Positions 38,974-48,627 of a stretch of 64,000 nt of DNA are shown here, piece after piece. The notes below the pieces were generated by a model, which had not been told where the DNA came from, made no database searches, and was given only the letters and a program-made list of their open reading frames with translations. The stretch is from an uncultured delta proteobacterium (GTDB lineage Bacteria; Desulfobacterota; Desulfobacteria; Desulfobacterales; QNYZ01), in contig CAWJQU010000001.1 in NCBI GenBank assembly GCA_963845145.1, positions 192,001 to 256,000 on the forward strand. Reading direction: 5' to 3'. Numbering within the stretch: the stretch's first letter is position 1; every line of letters begins with the position of its first letter. A program made the position numbers and the translations under genes.

Positions 38974-39957
38974 TTATGCCGCCACGGTTAAAATGATTTT
39001 TCCGATATGCCGGCTGCTTTCCATCAGTTGGTGTGCCTTGGCCGCATCGGCCAAGGGAAACCGCGCAGCAATAACCGGTTGAATCGACCTGTTTTCGATC
39101 AACGGCCATATTTTGGTTTGTAACTTTTGGGCAATTTGCGCTTTGAATTGGGCCGTCCGGGGGCGAAGGGTCGAACCGGTGACCACCAGCCTTTTGAGTA
39201 GCACCGGCATCATGTCGAGATCTACCCGGGAGCCCTTTAAAAACGACAGGCTGACAACGCGACCATCCATGGCCGCCAGGGCCAGATTGCGTGGCACATA
39301 ATCGCCGCCCACCATATCCAGAATGACGTCGACCCCTTTGCCGTCCGTGGCACCCTTTAACACGGCGACAAAGTCATCTTGGCGATAGTTAACAACAACA
39401 TCGGCGCCGATATTTTCACAGGCACGGCACTTTTCCACGCTCCCTGCGGTGGCAAACACCTGCGCCCCCATTGATTTGGCCATCTGGATAGCGGTTGTGC
39501 CGATACCGCTGCTGCCACCGTGTACTAAAAAAGTTTCGCCGGCCTTAAGGCCCCCGCGATCGAACACGTTTGACCATACCGTAAAAAAAGTTTCGGGGAG
39601 CGCGGCGGCTTCATCCAGGGGCAAGCCCGCAGGCACGGGCAAACATTGGCCGGCGGGTACCGTCACGTATTCGGCATAACCCCCGCCGTTTGTCAGGGCG
39701 CATACCTGATTGGTAATCGCCCAGCTCGAGACGTCGTTCCCCATCGCCACAATTTCACCGGACACCTCAAGTCCCGGAATTGAAGATGCGCCCGGTGGCG
39801 GAGGGTAAAGCCCTTGGCGTTGCATGATATCCGGCCGGTTCACACCAGCCGCGTGGACCTTGATCAATACCTCGTTTTTTTCAGGGACAGGGACATCACA
39901 CACATTTATTTTCAAAACCTCAGGGCCGCCGCTTTCGTTGATGTCAATATACCGCAT
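38974..39957 (-). CDS. NAD(P)H-quinone oxidoreductase (PIG3/zeta-crystallin family)
   Basis: GVNRPDIMQRQGLYPPP, HGGSSGIGT, GSTLRPR and HIGKIIL. Confidence 0.92.
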   Translation of the reverse strand: MRYIDINESGGPEVLKINVCDVPVPEKNEVLIKVHAAGVNRPDIMQRQGLYPPPPGASSIPGLEVSGEIVAMGNDVSSWAITNQVCALTNGGGYAEYVTVPAGQCLPVPAGLPLDEAAALPETFFTVWSNVFDRGGLKAGETFLVHGGSSGIGTTAIQMAKSMGAQVFATAGSVEKCRACENIGADVVVNYRQDDFVAVLKGATDGKGVDVILDMVGGDYVPRNLALAAMDGRVVSLSFLKGSRVDLDMMPVLLKRLVVTGSTLRPRTAQFKAQIAQKLQTKIWPLIENRSIQPVIAARFPLADAAKAHQLMESSRHIGKIILTVAA

Positions 39958-39987
39958 CTTCCGGTCCTCCCTATAAAAGTTGTCCGG

Positions 39988-41511
39988 CTAATCGGTTTTT
40001 TTTGTAATCGTATCGGGAAATGTCTGCTCCGCGATGAGAAAATGACGGCCGATATCCCGCCTTAAATCTAGCCGGTTACCGTCTGCATTTTCACGTGGAA
40101 TGACCCTGATCTTACCATTGTCGTGGGCCGTAAGCAGTTTTTTCCGCAACCGGTCAGCCATCTGCCCACGGGTTTCATTGGGCTTTAGGGTGATATTCCC
40201 ATTTAAAAAGGCGACCCGGGTGCCGTCCGATTTGAACAGGTCGTCTTTATCCACAAAATCCATGGCCGAAGGAATCAATTGGATTCCTTTACGCTTCAGA
40301 TATTTTAAGTCCAGCGCCACCGGCTCACCCTTGGTGCATGACCAGGGGTACCCTTTCTGGCCGTCCGGACCGCCGGGACCCGTCATCAGGGCCACATTAA
40401 CGGCCACCTGGTCCTCGCGCACTTCCGGTTCGACTTCGTTGAGATTGCCGTCTAATGCAGCGGTTATCAGTGAGCCGAGATTTCGCAACCGCCGGGCGAC
40501 CGGCTGCACTTCGGGCTCCCCGGGACGGATGTTGACCTCACTGACACGAATACGCACCGGCTGCATGGCAGCATCCAGCGACACAAAGCAACCCGGATAG
40601 AGAATACAAGGCCGCAGAATCCTTTTTTCCCGCATGACCCGAATGAGGGGTTCGGCAATGGTTTTTTTCGCCATGTCAATAAGCGCCGGCGTCTCCATGG
40701 GGTGGGGGGACACGGCACCGGTGCCGCCGGTGATGGGATTGTTCTTTCCAGGAGGTCCTTCGAATCGTTCCGGGTAATCCATGGCAGTAGGCAGCACTTG
40801 ATAGTGCCCATGGGCGTCAACCAAAATCGTGAAACTAATCTCAGTACCGGACATCAACGATTCAACCAACAGGGGCCATGGTTTTTTCTTTGTAAATGAC
40901 TTTTTATAATTGTCCTTATAATCGCTGATCAACTTGTCGTAAACCGAACGAATTTCCCAGGCATTTAAAATTATCCGGGCCCCTTTTCCGCCGGCGCTGT
41001 AGGGGTATTTCAAAACCGCACCGCCAAATCGATCGATAAAGCCCAGGCAAGTGTTAAGTATTTCGGTATAATCGCGTGCATCGACCTCTCGCCAATCGTC
41101 GGCCACTGGAATACCCGCTTCCTTGCACAGGTGCTTGCAACGTATCTTATCCGCCTCAATAAAAGCGCCCGCCTGGTTCAAACCGAGAACCCGGTCACCG
41201 AATCCGGCCGCGGAAATTTGATCCACCAACCCGTCAAACAATAACGCTTCGGGCATCGGCACAAGGTAATCGATGCGGTCGTTTTGAAACGCTTCGATGG
41301 CTGCCGCAGCGTAATCATCGACAGCATTGCTCCGGGTCGGTTCAAATGCGACCGGCCATCCCATCATCTCCACAAATTTAGGCATCGCCGGCGTACCGCG
41401 CATGACAACCCCTCGATAATCATCCGTATATTTTTCGCTGGTCGCTGTGGACACAATCAGTGCCCACAACAGGGTTCGTCCATCCGTACCGGCAAACGCA
41501 ATTTTCTTCAT
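39988..41511 (-). CDS. Divergent phosphoribosylamine-glycine ligase (PurD)-like ATP-grasp protein
   Basis: IEADK, AGGKG, GTEIS, ITGGTGAVSP, EVNIRPGEPEVQ and GYP recall PurD motifs, with many substitutions. Confidence 0.65.
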   Translation of the reverse strand: MKKIAFAGTDGRTLLWALIVSTATSEKYTDDYRGVVMRGTPAMPKFVEMMGWPVAFEPTRSNAVDDYAAAAIEAFQNDRIDYLVPMPEALLFDGLVDQISAAGFGDRVLGLNQAGAFIEADKIRCKHLCKEAGIPVADDWREVDARDYTEILNTCLGFIDRFGGAVLKYPYSAGGKGARIILNAWEIRSVYDKLISDYKDNYKKSFTKKKPWPLLVESLMSGTEISFTILVDAHGHYQVLPTAMDYPERFEGPPGKNNPITGGTGAVSPHPMETPALIDMAKKTIAEPLIRVMREKRILRPCILYPGCFVSLDAAMQPVRIRVSEVNIRPGEPEVQPVARRLRNLGSLITAALDGNLNEVEPEVREDQVAVNVALMTGPGGPDGQKGYPWSCTKGEPVALDLKYLKRKGIQLIPSAMDFVDKDDLFKSDGTRVAFLNGNITLKPNETRGQMADRLRKKLLTAHDNGKIRVIPRENADGNRLDLRRDIGRHFLIAEQTFPDTITKKTD

Positions 41512-41722
41512 TCTTTCCCCTTTTTAGATATGGTTATCGGCCGATCCTGTATCCGAATCAGGAACCGATCTGGGAATAGATAACAAAATAAAAAACCAGG
41601 GGTCAATGGCTTATTCCGACCAGGGGCCAAGACGTAGCGCAACCCCTTGAAATATCGGACCGGAAGTCATATATATCCATCCAAACGAATCAGCCCCCGG
41701 GCAATAGGAGCGAGCATCAATC

Positions 41723-42097
41723 ATGCTAACCGGATTTGAAAAAATCGTCGAGGAACGCATCCAGCGCGCGCAACGTGAAGGACAGTTTAAGAATCTTGAT
41801 GGCAGGGGGCAACCGCTATGCCTGGAAAGCGATCAGCACATTCCGGAAGATTTGCGCATCTGCCATAAAATCCTAAAAAATGCCGATTGCCTTCCGCCCG
41901 AACTTGAGATCAAAAAGGAAATCCGGCAATCAGAAGACCTGTTGATGCAAATGCCGGATACTTCCGAGAAATATCGCATCATAAAAAAGATCAATTTCCT
42001 CATCATGAAATTCAACGCCATGAAAAACGGATCTCCGGCGTTTGAGATTCCCCAGCATTACGATCAAAAACTGGTTGAACAATTAACGACGAAATGA
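41723..42097 (+). CDS. DUF1992 (YhdN/DnaJ-related) protein
   Basis: IVEERIQRAQREGQFKNLDGRGQPL and KILKNADCLPPE. Confidence 0.85.
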   Translation: MLTGFEKIVEERIQRAQREGQFKNLDGRGQPLCLESDQHIPEDLRICHKILKNADCLPPELEIKKEIRQSEDLLMQMPDTSEKYRIIKKINFLIMKFNAMKNGSPAFEIPQHYDQKLVEQLTTK

Positions 42098-42104
42098 GCC
42101 TGCC

Positions 42105-43488
42105 ATGAAACGAACACGTATTGTCAAAGCCCTTCATGCCGAAACCGCAATGGACCCGATTTTGATCAAAGGGTGGGTGCGCACCCGTCGGGATGCCAAG
42201 GAATTCTCTTTTCTGGAAATCAATGACGGCTCCTGTTTAAAAAACCTTCAGGTGATCGTCGATGAATCCACACCGGCCTTTGCCGCATTAAATGATGTGA
42301 ATACCGGGGCCGCCGTCGCCATCAATGGATCGCTGGTGCCATCGCCGGGTAAGGGGCAGAAATGGGAGGTTCATGCCACCGATCTGGATCTATTGGGTTC
42401 GGCCGATCCGCACACCTTTCCGTTGCAGAAAAAACGTCACTCCGATGAATATTTGCGGACGATCGCCCATTTAAGGCCCCGGACAAATAAGTACGGAGCC
42501 CTGTACCGTATCCGCTCGGAAAGTGCCTTTGCCGTGCATCGGTTTTTTCGAGACCGGGGGTTCAATTATCTGCATACCCCCATTATCACCGGTTCCGATT
42601 GCGAGGGTGCCGGAGAATTGTTCCGGGTAACCACGCTGCCCGTCGATTTAAAAGGTCAACCGGGGGAGGGATCTTCACCGGACAACGATTTTTTCGGCAA
42701 AGAAGCCGGGCTTGCCGTATCGGGCCAATTGGAGGCCGAACTGGCCGCCTGCGCCCTCGGCGATGTCTATACCTTCGGGCCCACGTTTCGGGCTGAAAAT
42801 TCCAATACCCCCCGCCATGCCGCGGAGTTCTGGATGATTGAACCCGAGATGGCCTTTGCCGATTTGAATGACAATATGGATTTAGGTGAAGACCTTGTTA
42901 AGGGCATAACCACGGCCGTGATGGACAACTGCGCTGAAGACCTTGAGTTATTTGCCCGCTTCGTCGACAAAAAGCTTATGAAGACCCTTGAGGCCATCAC
43001 CTCAAAATCTTACGAACGCCTGCCATATACCCAGGCCATCGACATACTGGCCCGTGCCAAAAAGAAGTTTGAATTCCCGGTTAGCTATGGTTTGGACCTT
43101 CAAACGGAACATGAACGGTATTTGTGTGAAGAGACATTTAAAAAGCCGGTGATTGTCTATGACTATCCCAAAGAGATCAAACCATTTTATATGCGCCTAA
43201 ACGATGACGATAAAACCGTGGGCGCCATGGACCTGCTGGTTCCCCGGGTAGGGGAGCTCATTGGTGGGAGTCAGCGCGAGGAGCGTTACCAGGTGTTGAA
43301 CGCGCGTATCTTGAAAGCAATATGAATCCGGACGATTACTGGTGGTACCTGGATATTCGTCGTTTCGGCACGGTGCCCCATTCCGGATTCGGCCTGGGTT
43401 TCGAACGCTTTTTGATGATGATCACCGGTATTTCCAATATTCGGGACGTCATCCCCTTCCCCCGCACCCCCAAACACTTGGAGTTTAG
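42105..43488 (+). CDS. asnS: Asparagine--tRNA ligase with two apparent 1-nt deletions (near 43310 and at the stop)
   Basis: [32 protein letters not shown] and [12 protein letters not shown]; motif 3 ([21 protein letters not shown]) lies in the next frame. Confidence 0.92.
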
Positions 43489-43542
43489 GACGACTTTAAA
43501 ACGATCCATACCGACCAGAGAATTCAACTCCGGCAGTATACC

Positions 43543-43589
43543 GGACTAACAGGCCACGGGCTAACGGGCCAACGGGCTAACAGGCTAAC
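43543..43589 (+). repeat. 8-bp tandem repeat (RGGCYAAC, about 6 units)
   Basis: GGACTAAC AGGCCAC GGGCTAAC GGGCCAAC GGGCTAAC AGGCTAAC between convergent genes. Confidence 0.8.
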
Positions 43590-43596
43590 CGAAGTA

Positions 43597-44316
43597 TTAC
43601 TCCTTAAATCGAATATTCAACCGGCCCTTATCCACTTTAATTGAATCAACACCATCAGCAAAAGCCTTCCAGAATCCTTTATCGGCCCCGAATTCCTGGA
43701 CCAAATCGATATTCTTCATGCCCCCCAGCCAGGCATTGGGGATGGGCACACCCATCAGCTTGACCCCTTTTAGCACGACCACCGGCCGTTCGTTTTCATA
43801 GGCCAAAGAGAGGCCCACAAACACCCGAATAACTTTACCGCCTACAATCGGAAAATCAGGGTCCACCGGCACACGCAATCGGGCGCTGACCAGGTTTTCC
43901 GACAAATCAACGACCAGCTTTTTCGCCAGATCGGCATTTTTGGCGATCATAGCGTTTAGTTCCCGCTGGCTGAAATTGATCGTCCGTTCGTCGTCGGCTT
44001 CGCTGTAAGGCTTGGGTTTTAACGGTTCGTTGGCATCGCTGTCCTTTTTGTCAAAGTCGCCGGATGGCCCAATTTTCTCCGAGATCTCTATGCCGCTGAC
44101 CCGGTCCATTCGCTCAAGCTTCTCGGCCAGTTGCACTTCCTCTTTTTTACTCAATTCCACCGGCTTGAACTCGGATGGAAAAATATAGGTTTTGGCCACC
44201 CACAAGGTAACCAGAACCGTCACAATCATGGTCGCCACGATAATACCAAACACCTTCATGCATCCCAGGTGTTCTTTGCGGTCCATTGCTCTGTCGAACT
44301 CGCCGTTGGTTGTCAT
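43597..44316 (-). CDS. Membrane-anchored hypothetical protein
   Basis: Single N-terminal TM segment, GAGGA RBS and GVPIPNAWLGGMKNIDL; function not assigned. Confidence 0.7.
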   Translation of the reverse strand: MTTNGEFDRAMDRKEHLGCMKVFGIIVATMIVTVLVTLWVAKTYIFPSEFKPVELSKKEEVQLAEKLERMDRVSGIEISEKIGPSGDFDKKDSDANEPLKPKPYSEADDERTINFSQRELNAMIAKNADLAKKLVVDLSENLVSARLRVPVDPDFPIVGGKVIRVFVGLSLAYENERPVVVLKGVKLMGVPIPNAWLGGMKNIDLVQEFGADKGFWKAFADGVDSIKVDKGRLNIRFKE

Positions 44317-44375
44317 AAAATTTTCCTCTATCGTACCTTTCCCCTAACGCTGCAAAAAAATTGGCGGCCTATCCG

Positions 44376-44834
44376 TTATTTGTCAAAGAAGGCCGTCGAG
44401 ATAAAACAACCGCCGCCGCCACTCGCACTGGCGCTATTTGCACTCACATCACCGGAGGTAGAGACTTCAACGGAATATCCACTTTCACGACCGCGGGTAT
44501 TATATGCCGTAAGCGTAAAATAATAGATCTCATCCTCGTCTAAGCCGGTTAGGGTATAACGGGCGGTATCACCTGCCTCGACTTCCGCTATCTTGACATC
44601 AATCGGCGAATCACCTTCGGTTGCCCCTGCCCCGCCATACGGCGCACCGGAAGCAGTGTCATAATAGATCCTGTAACCATCCCGGTCGGGTTCAATATTG
44701 GCATCCCACTGAAGTGTGACATCCATGGCAAAACCAACAGAGGCTGCAAAAAAGAACAGGAAAAAAGTAAAAGGCGTAAATTTCCAGAAATCAAGGCGAA
44801 CGGATCGAATTGGAAGCAATGTGTATCTCATCAT
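44376..44834 (-). CDS. Small secreted fibronectin type III protein with a GGGGCFI C-terminal motif
   Basis: VTLQWDAN, GYRIYY, LTGL and YYFTLTAYN; ends SGGGGCFISTAFFDK. Confidence 0.8.
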   Translation of the reverse strand: MMRYTLLPIRSVRLDFWKFTPFTFFLFFFAASVGFAMDVTLQWDANIEPDRDGYRIYYDTASGAPYGGAGATEGDSPIDVKIAEVEAGDTARYTLTGLDEDEIYYFTLTAYNTRGRESGYSVEVSTSGDVSANSASASGGGGCFISTAFFDK

Positions 44835-45032
44835 ATCTCCCCCTTTCTCCAGTCTTCCATGAGCAAATAATAATGGATGAATCGCAAAATATCAACAAAT
44901 GGAACAAAATCGTTAAAAACAATTGTTTTCGACTAAGGTAAGCATTCCCAAGGGGAACCGATATGGTATATGATATGTTTAATGAAAACCCCCATGTGGT
45001 GGTTTTCCTCTAACGGAGAAACTGTGTACAAA

Positions 45033-45443
45033 ATGGATTCATCCCTACTCATTGCCGCCGGTGCCAGTTTCGTTATCGGTGTGGCCGGATATATTATTGT
45101 TCGTTTTTGGATTAAACCGATTGCGCGCTACACCGCTGCCAAACGTAAGGTGAATCGCGAGCTGAAGCGTTATCTGGCCCATATCGATAAAACCACTGGG
45201 TCGAAAACAAAGACGGCCTCGCAGAAGGACAACCCGGCGCTGAGAAATGCACGGAAAGGCACCATGACCTTGGCCACCTGTTATAGTGACGAAATTCCCT
45301 ACTGGTACCGTCTGTTGCTGGACAGCCGGGAAGAGTCCCCCGCCGATGCTTTGGGGCTTATTTCTCATCTCTCCAAATTACGTGAGCCGGATCCAATCAA
45401 GAACCAGATCGATAAAGCACGGAAAAAATTGGGATTAAAATAG
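45033..45443 (+). CDS. Hypothetical protein with an N-terminal TM helix
   Basis: GGAG upstream and a hydrophobic N-terminus; start uncertain. Confidence 0.6.
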   Translation: MDSSLLIAAGASFVIGVAGYIIVRFWIKPIARYTAAKRKVNRELKRYLAHIDKTTGSKTKTASQKDNPALRNARKGTMTLATCYSDEIPYWYRLLLDSREESPADALGLISHLSKLREPDPIKNQIDKARKKLGLK

Positions 45444-45584
45444 AGAAAATGGGCCGGTATTATAAACTGCAGCCATATTATTCAAATCCGAATTTACCCA
45501 GGTGCGCAAACTATTTTACATTGGGTGAAGACTCATTTATAATACTTCAACCCAAATTGACCTGAAGTTTTAAGGAGGCTGATC

Positions 45585-46439
45585 ATGCGGTGGCGAGGCG
45601 GCAGAAAAAGCACGAACGTTGAAGACCGGCGAAGGATTCGCGTGTCACGAAAAGTGGCCGGCGGCGGTATTGGGGCATTGTTACTGGCTGTGGTGGGCAT
45701 GTATTTTGGGATCGACCCGTCTGTAATTTTAAACCGGAATGCTTCCCTGCAGACACAACCGGGACCGTCGACCCAGATGGAAGCATCCGGACCCGATAAT
45801 GAGCTGGCCGATTTTACTTCGGTGGTATTGGCCGATACCGAGGACACCTGGCGCCACCTCTTTAAAAAAATGGGCCGTACTTACCAGGAACCGCCATTGG
45901 TTCTCTTTACCGGAATGGTCCAATCAGCCTGCGGCATGGCCCAGGCGGCATCGGGGCCGTTTTATTGCCCGGGCGATCATAAGGTCTATATCGATTTGGC
46001 TTTTTATAAAGAACTCAAAACCCGCATGAACGCACCCGGCGATTTTGCCCAGGCCTATGTGGTCGCTCATGAGGTTGGCCATCATGTTCAAACGCTCCTA
46101 GGCATCAGCGGCAAGGTGAACGCTCTTCGCCAACGGGTTTCTAAAAAAGACGGAAATCGCTTGTCGGTCCTCATGGAATTGCAGGCGGATTGTTTATCCG
46201 GTGTCTGGGCCCACCATGCCCACAAAATGCGTAATATTTTGGAGCCGGGAGACATTGAGGAAGCCTTAAACGCGGCCAGTATGATCGGTGATGATCGGTT
46301 GCAGAAGCAAGCGCGCGGATTTGTCGTTCCCGACTCCTTTACCCACGGATCATCCGACCAGCGGGTGCGATGGTTCCGGCTGGGCCTGGAATCCGGAGAC
46401 ATGGGCCGCTGTGATACGTTCTCGGCTGAACGCCTGTAA
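45585..46439 (+). CDS. Neutral zinc metallopeptidase (YpfJ-like)
   Basis: MRWRGGRKSTNVEDRR, GPFYCPGD, AHEVGHHVQ, ELQADC and DSFTHGS. Confidence 0.92.
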   Translation: MRWRGGRKSTNVEDRRRIRVSRKVAGGGIGALLLAVVGMYFGIDPSVILNRNASLQTQPGPSTQMEASGPDNELADFTSVVLADTEDTWRHLFKKMGRTYQEPPLVLFTGMVQSACGMAQAASGPFYCPGDHKVYIDLAFYKELKTRMNAPGDFAQAYVVAHEVGHHVQTLLGISGKVNALRQRVSKKDGNRLSVLMELQADCLSGVWAHHAHKMRNILEPGDIEEALNAASMIGDDRLQKQARGFVVPDSFTHGSSDQRVRWFRLGLESGDMGRCDTFSAERL

Positions 46440-46560
46440 GGTTCTTCCTTGGTGCAAACTCGGTTCAAATCGCGGAGTAGTGTATAAACCTTTGGATTGC
46501 GGTGACCCGACCGCCAGCTAAGCCGTTTTTATAGTACAACGTATTTCTGGAATGGTGTAT

Positions 46561-47004
46561 TTAAGTAAACAGGCAGATCTTACATTCCGCCGCAAATTTT
46601 AAAAAATCTTCGGCAGTCCAGACGATCACGCCCTCGATCAATTTACTTTCGTCGATCTCCATCATGTCCACGGTCATTTTGCACGCAATGAGTTCAACGC
46701 CTTCGATCTGGGCGACTTCCTGCAGATCGGACAGCGAGGGAATATTGGCTTTGTCGATCTTGCGTTTCATCATCCCCGTGGCAATACTCGTCATACCGGG
46801 AATGGCTCCCATCACACCGGGAGGAAAAAACTTGGCCCGATCAAAGCCACCTTCCATCACGAGATTTAACCCCATGAATGAGTAGAATACTTTGCTTTCC
46901 ATACCCTGACGGGCAGCATTGATACCTAAAACGAGCGATGGATAGGCCCCGTCCAGGGTATCCTTCACACAAATAAAACCCGCTTTTTCTTTTGTTTCCG
47001 ACAT
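46561..47004 (-). CDS. DsrE/DsrF/DrsH-like (DsrE2-type) protein
   Basis: FYSFMGL and GVELIACKMTVDMM motifs; AAGGAG RBS. Confidence 0.82.
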   Translation of the reverse strand: MSETKEKAGFICVKDTLDGAYPSLVLGINAARQGMESKVFYSFMGLNLVMEGGFDRAKFFPPGVMGAIPGMTSIATGMMKRKIDKANIPSLSDLQEVAQIEGVELIACKMTVDMMEIDESKLIEGVIVWTAEDFLKFAAECKICLFT

Positions 47005-47080
47005 CGCGATGCTCCTTTTTTCAGTTTGATTTGATCTCCGAAAATCAGATCATTCGTTTTTCCCTCTATTTGCACACCAT

Positions 47081-47118
47081 AAAAAACGGCCGTTCTCCTG
47101 AGGAGCCCGGCCGTTTTG
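47081..47118 (-). terminator. Intrinsic terminator after the BON-LysM gene
   Basis: Minus strand: AAAACGGCCG GGCTCCTCAGGAGAA CGGCCGTTTTTT. Confidence 0.8.
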
Positions 47119-47160
47119 TATTGTCACTGTCTCTTTTTGCCCACACCTGGGTCGGTGCGG

Positions 47161-47592
47161 CTACAGTTTCGGAATGCGAATCTTCTGTCCCACGTAAATT
47201 TTATCCGGGTCCTTGATGACTTCCCGATTGGCCTCAAATATTTTGGGATATTTGTTGGCATCACCGTAATACTCTTTGGCAAGCTTCGATAGTGTATCGC
47301 CTGATTTGATCTCATAGTATTGCACATCTTCGGGAAGCGGTGGTGCGGTAACGCCTTCGCTAACCACCTTTGTCACACCCTTCACATTACCTGCCATGAG
47401 AATCGCTTTTTCCAGGGCTTCGCTGCTCTCGGCCTTGCCGGACAGGGTGACCACACCATCATTAAACTCAACGCCCAGATCATCGATACCGGGGTTGTCG
47501 GCAGCAATATGATCTTGAATTTTTTCCGGTGCTTCATCATCTTTTCCAAACAATTTTTTTCCAATGTTCGCAGCAAAATCAAACAGTCCCAT
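47161..47592 (-). CDS. BON-LysM protein (Kbp/YgaU-like)
   Basis: MGLFDFAANIGKKLF, GNVKGV, YEIKSGDTLSKLAKEYYGDANKY and PDKIYVGQKIRIP. Confidence 0.92.
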   Translation of the reverse strand: MGLFDFAANIGKKLFGKDDEAPEKIQDHIAADNPGIDDLGVEFNDGVVTLSGKAESSEALEKAILMAGNVKGVTKVVSEGVTAPPLPEDVQYYEIKSGDTLSKLAKEYYGDANKYPKIFEANREVIKDPDKIYVGQKIRIPKL

Positions 47593-47915
47593 GAGGTACC
47601 CTCCTTTAGAATTAGGTTTCGTTAGAAAAACTTTCCTACCAGGTCCAATAGATCATCTTTGTTCTGTTCTAAATCAAAACATCTGAATGTTCTCATGATT
47701 GAGGCGAGCCGTCAAGGTCCGGTTGTCATTTGAAATTCCTCACAAAAGCAATCATTATGAACGTCAAAATTTAACTGATATAATAAGATTAAAAGATTGT
47801 TATTCAATGCCGAATTCGGTATTTTTACAAAAACCGCACGTAAAAGATCCAATTTAGGTCTGACCTAAGAGGGGCAGACGGGGAAAGCCGGGGTGACCCA
47901 TAACCCGCCATCTTG

Positions 47916-48620
47916 CTAATCCAATATTTTACCGGTTTCGGACAAGTCATTCAGCCCATCGATATCAAGCAGGAGAATTTCTTTACCCTTAACCGAAATC
48001 AGGTTTTGGTGGGTCATTTTGGCAAAAATCCGTGAAAGCGTTTCCGGAATAGTGCCCAACAGGCTGGCCAGCTGGCCTTTCGAGATCGTGAGGCTGATGC
48101 GGTTATCCTGACGCATGGTTGTTTCGGCTTGCGCATTTGACAGATAAAGAAGATACCCCGCCAGCCTTCCGGGAACTTCCTTTAAGGACAGGCTTTCGAT
48201 TTGAAAAGCGAATTCCCGTAACCGCATGGACATGACCCCCAACATATTGAGGGACAGGGAAGGATTCGCGCTTATCAGCGTAATAAACCGCTGCCGAGGC
48301 AGAAAAAGGAGGTGGCTTTTCAATAAGGTTTCGGCGTTGGCCGGAAACCGGCCTCCTGAAAATACGGGGACTTCCCCAAAGGGATGACCTGGTCCATAGA
48401 TATGCAGAATCTTCTCTTTTCCCTCGAGGGATAGCTTGAATATTTTTACTTTACCGGAAGCAACAATATAAAACCCTTTGCCTTCATCGCCTTCCATGAA
48501 AATGGATTTACCTTTGTCATAGAATTTATCCACAACGATGGATCGAACTTGACCTAACTCGTCATCGGACAACCCGTTAAATAATGGGGTTTGATTTAGA
48601 ATCTGAAGGATTTTATCCAT
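47916..48620 (-). CDS. Crp/Fnr-family transcriptional regulator (HcpR/Dnr-like)
   Basis: FGEVPVF cNMP-binding fold and LASLLGTIPETLSR HTH. Confidence 0.88.
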   Translation of the reverse strand: MDKILQILNQTPLFNGLSDDELGQVRSIVVDKFYDKGKSIFMEGDEGKGFYIVASGKVKIFKLSLEGKEKILHIYGPGHPFGEVPVFSGGRFPANAETLLKSHLLFLPRQRFITLISANPSLSLNMLGVMSMRLREFAFQIESLSLKEVPGRLAGYLLYLSNAQAETTMRQDNRISLTISKGQLASLLGTIPETLSRIFAKMTHQNLISVKGKEILLLDIDGLNDLSETGKILD

Positions 48621-48627
48621 ATTTTTC

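Noticed and set aside
43300..43330. Programmed frameshift in asnS
   Set aside because: There is no slippery sequence at the site, and a second indel at the stop codon favours sequence error or decay.
47865..47910. c-di-GMP-I riboswitch-like GGCA..GAAA..GAC sequence
   Set aside because: Poor stem pairing, and it points toward the 3' end of a convergent gene.
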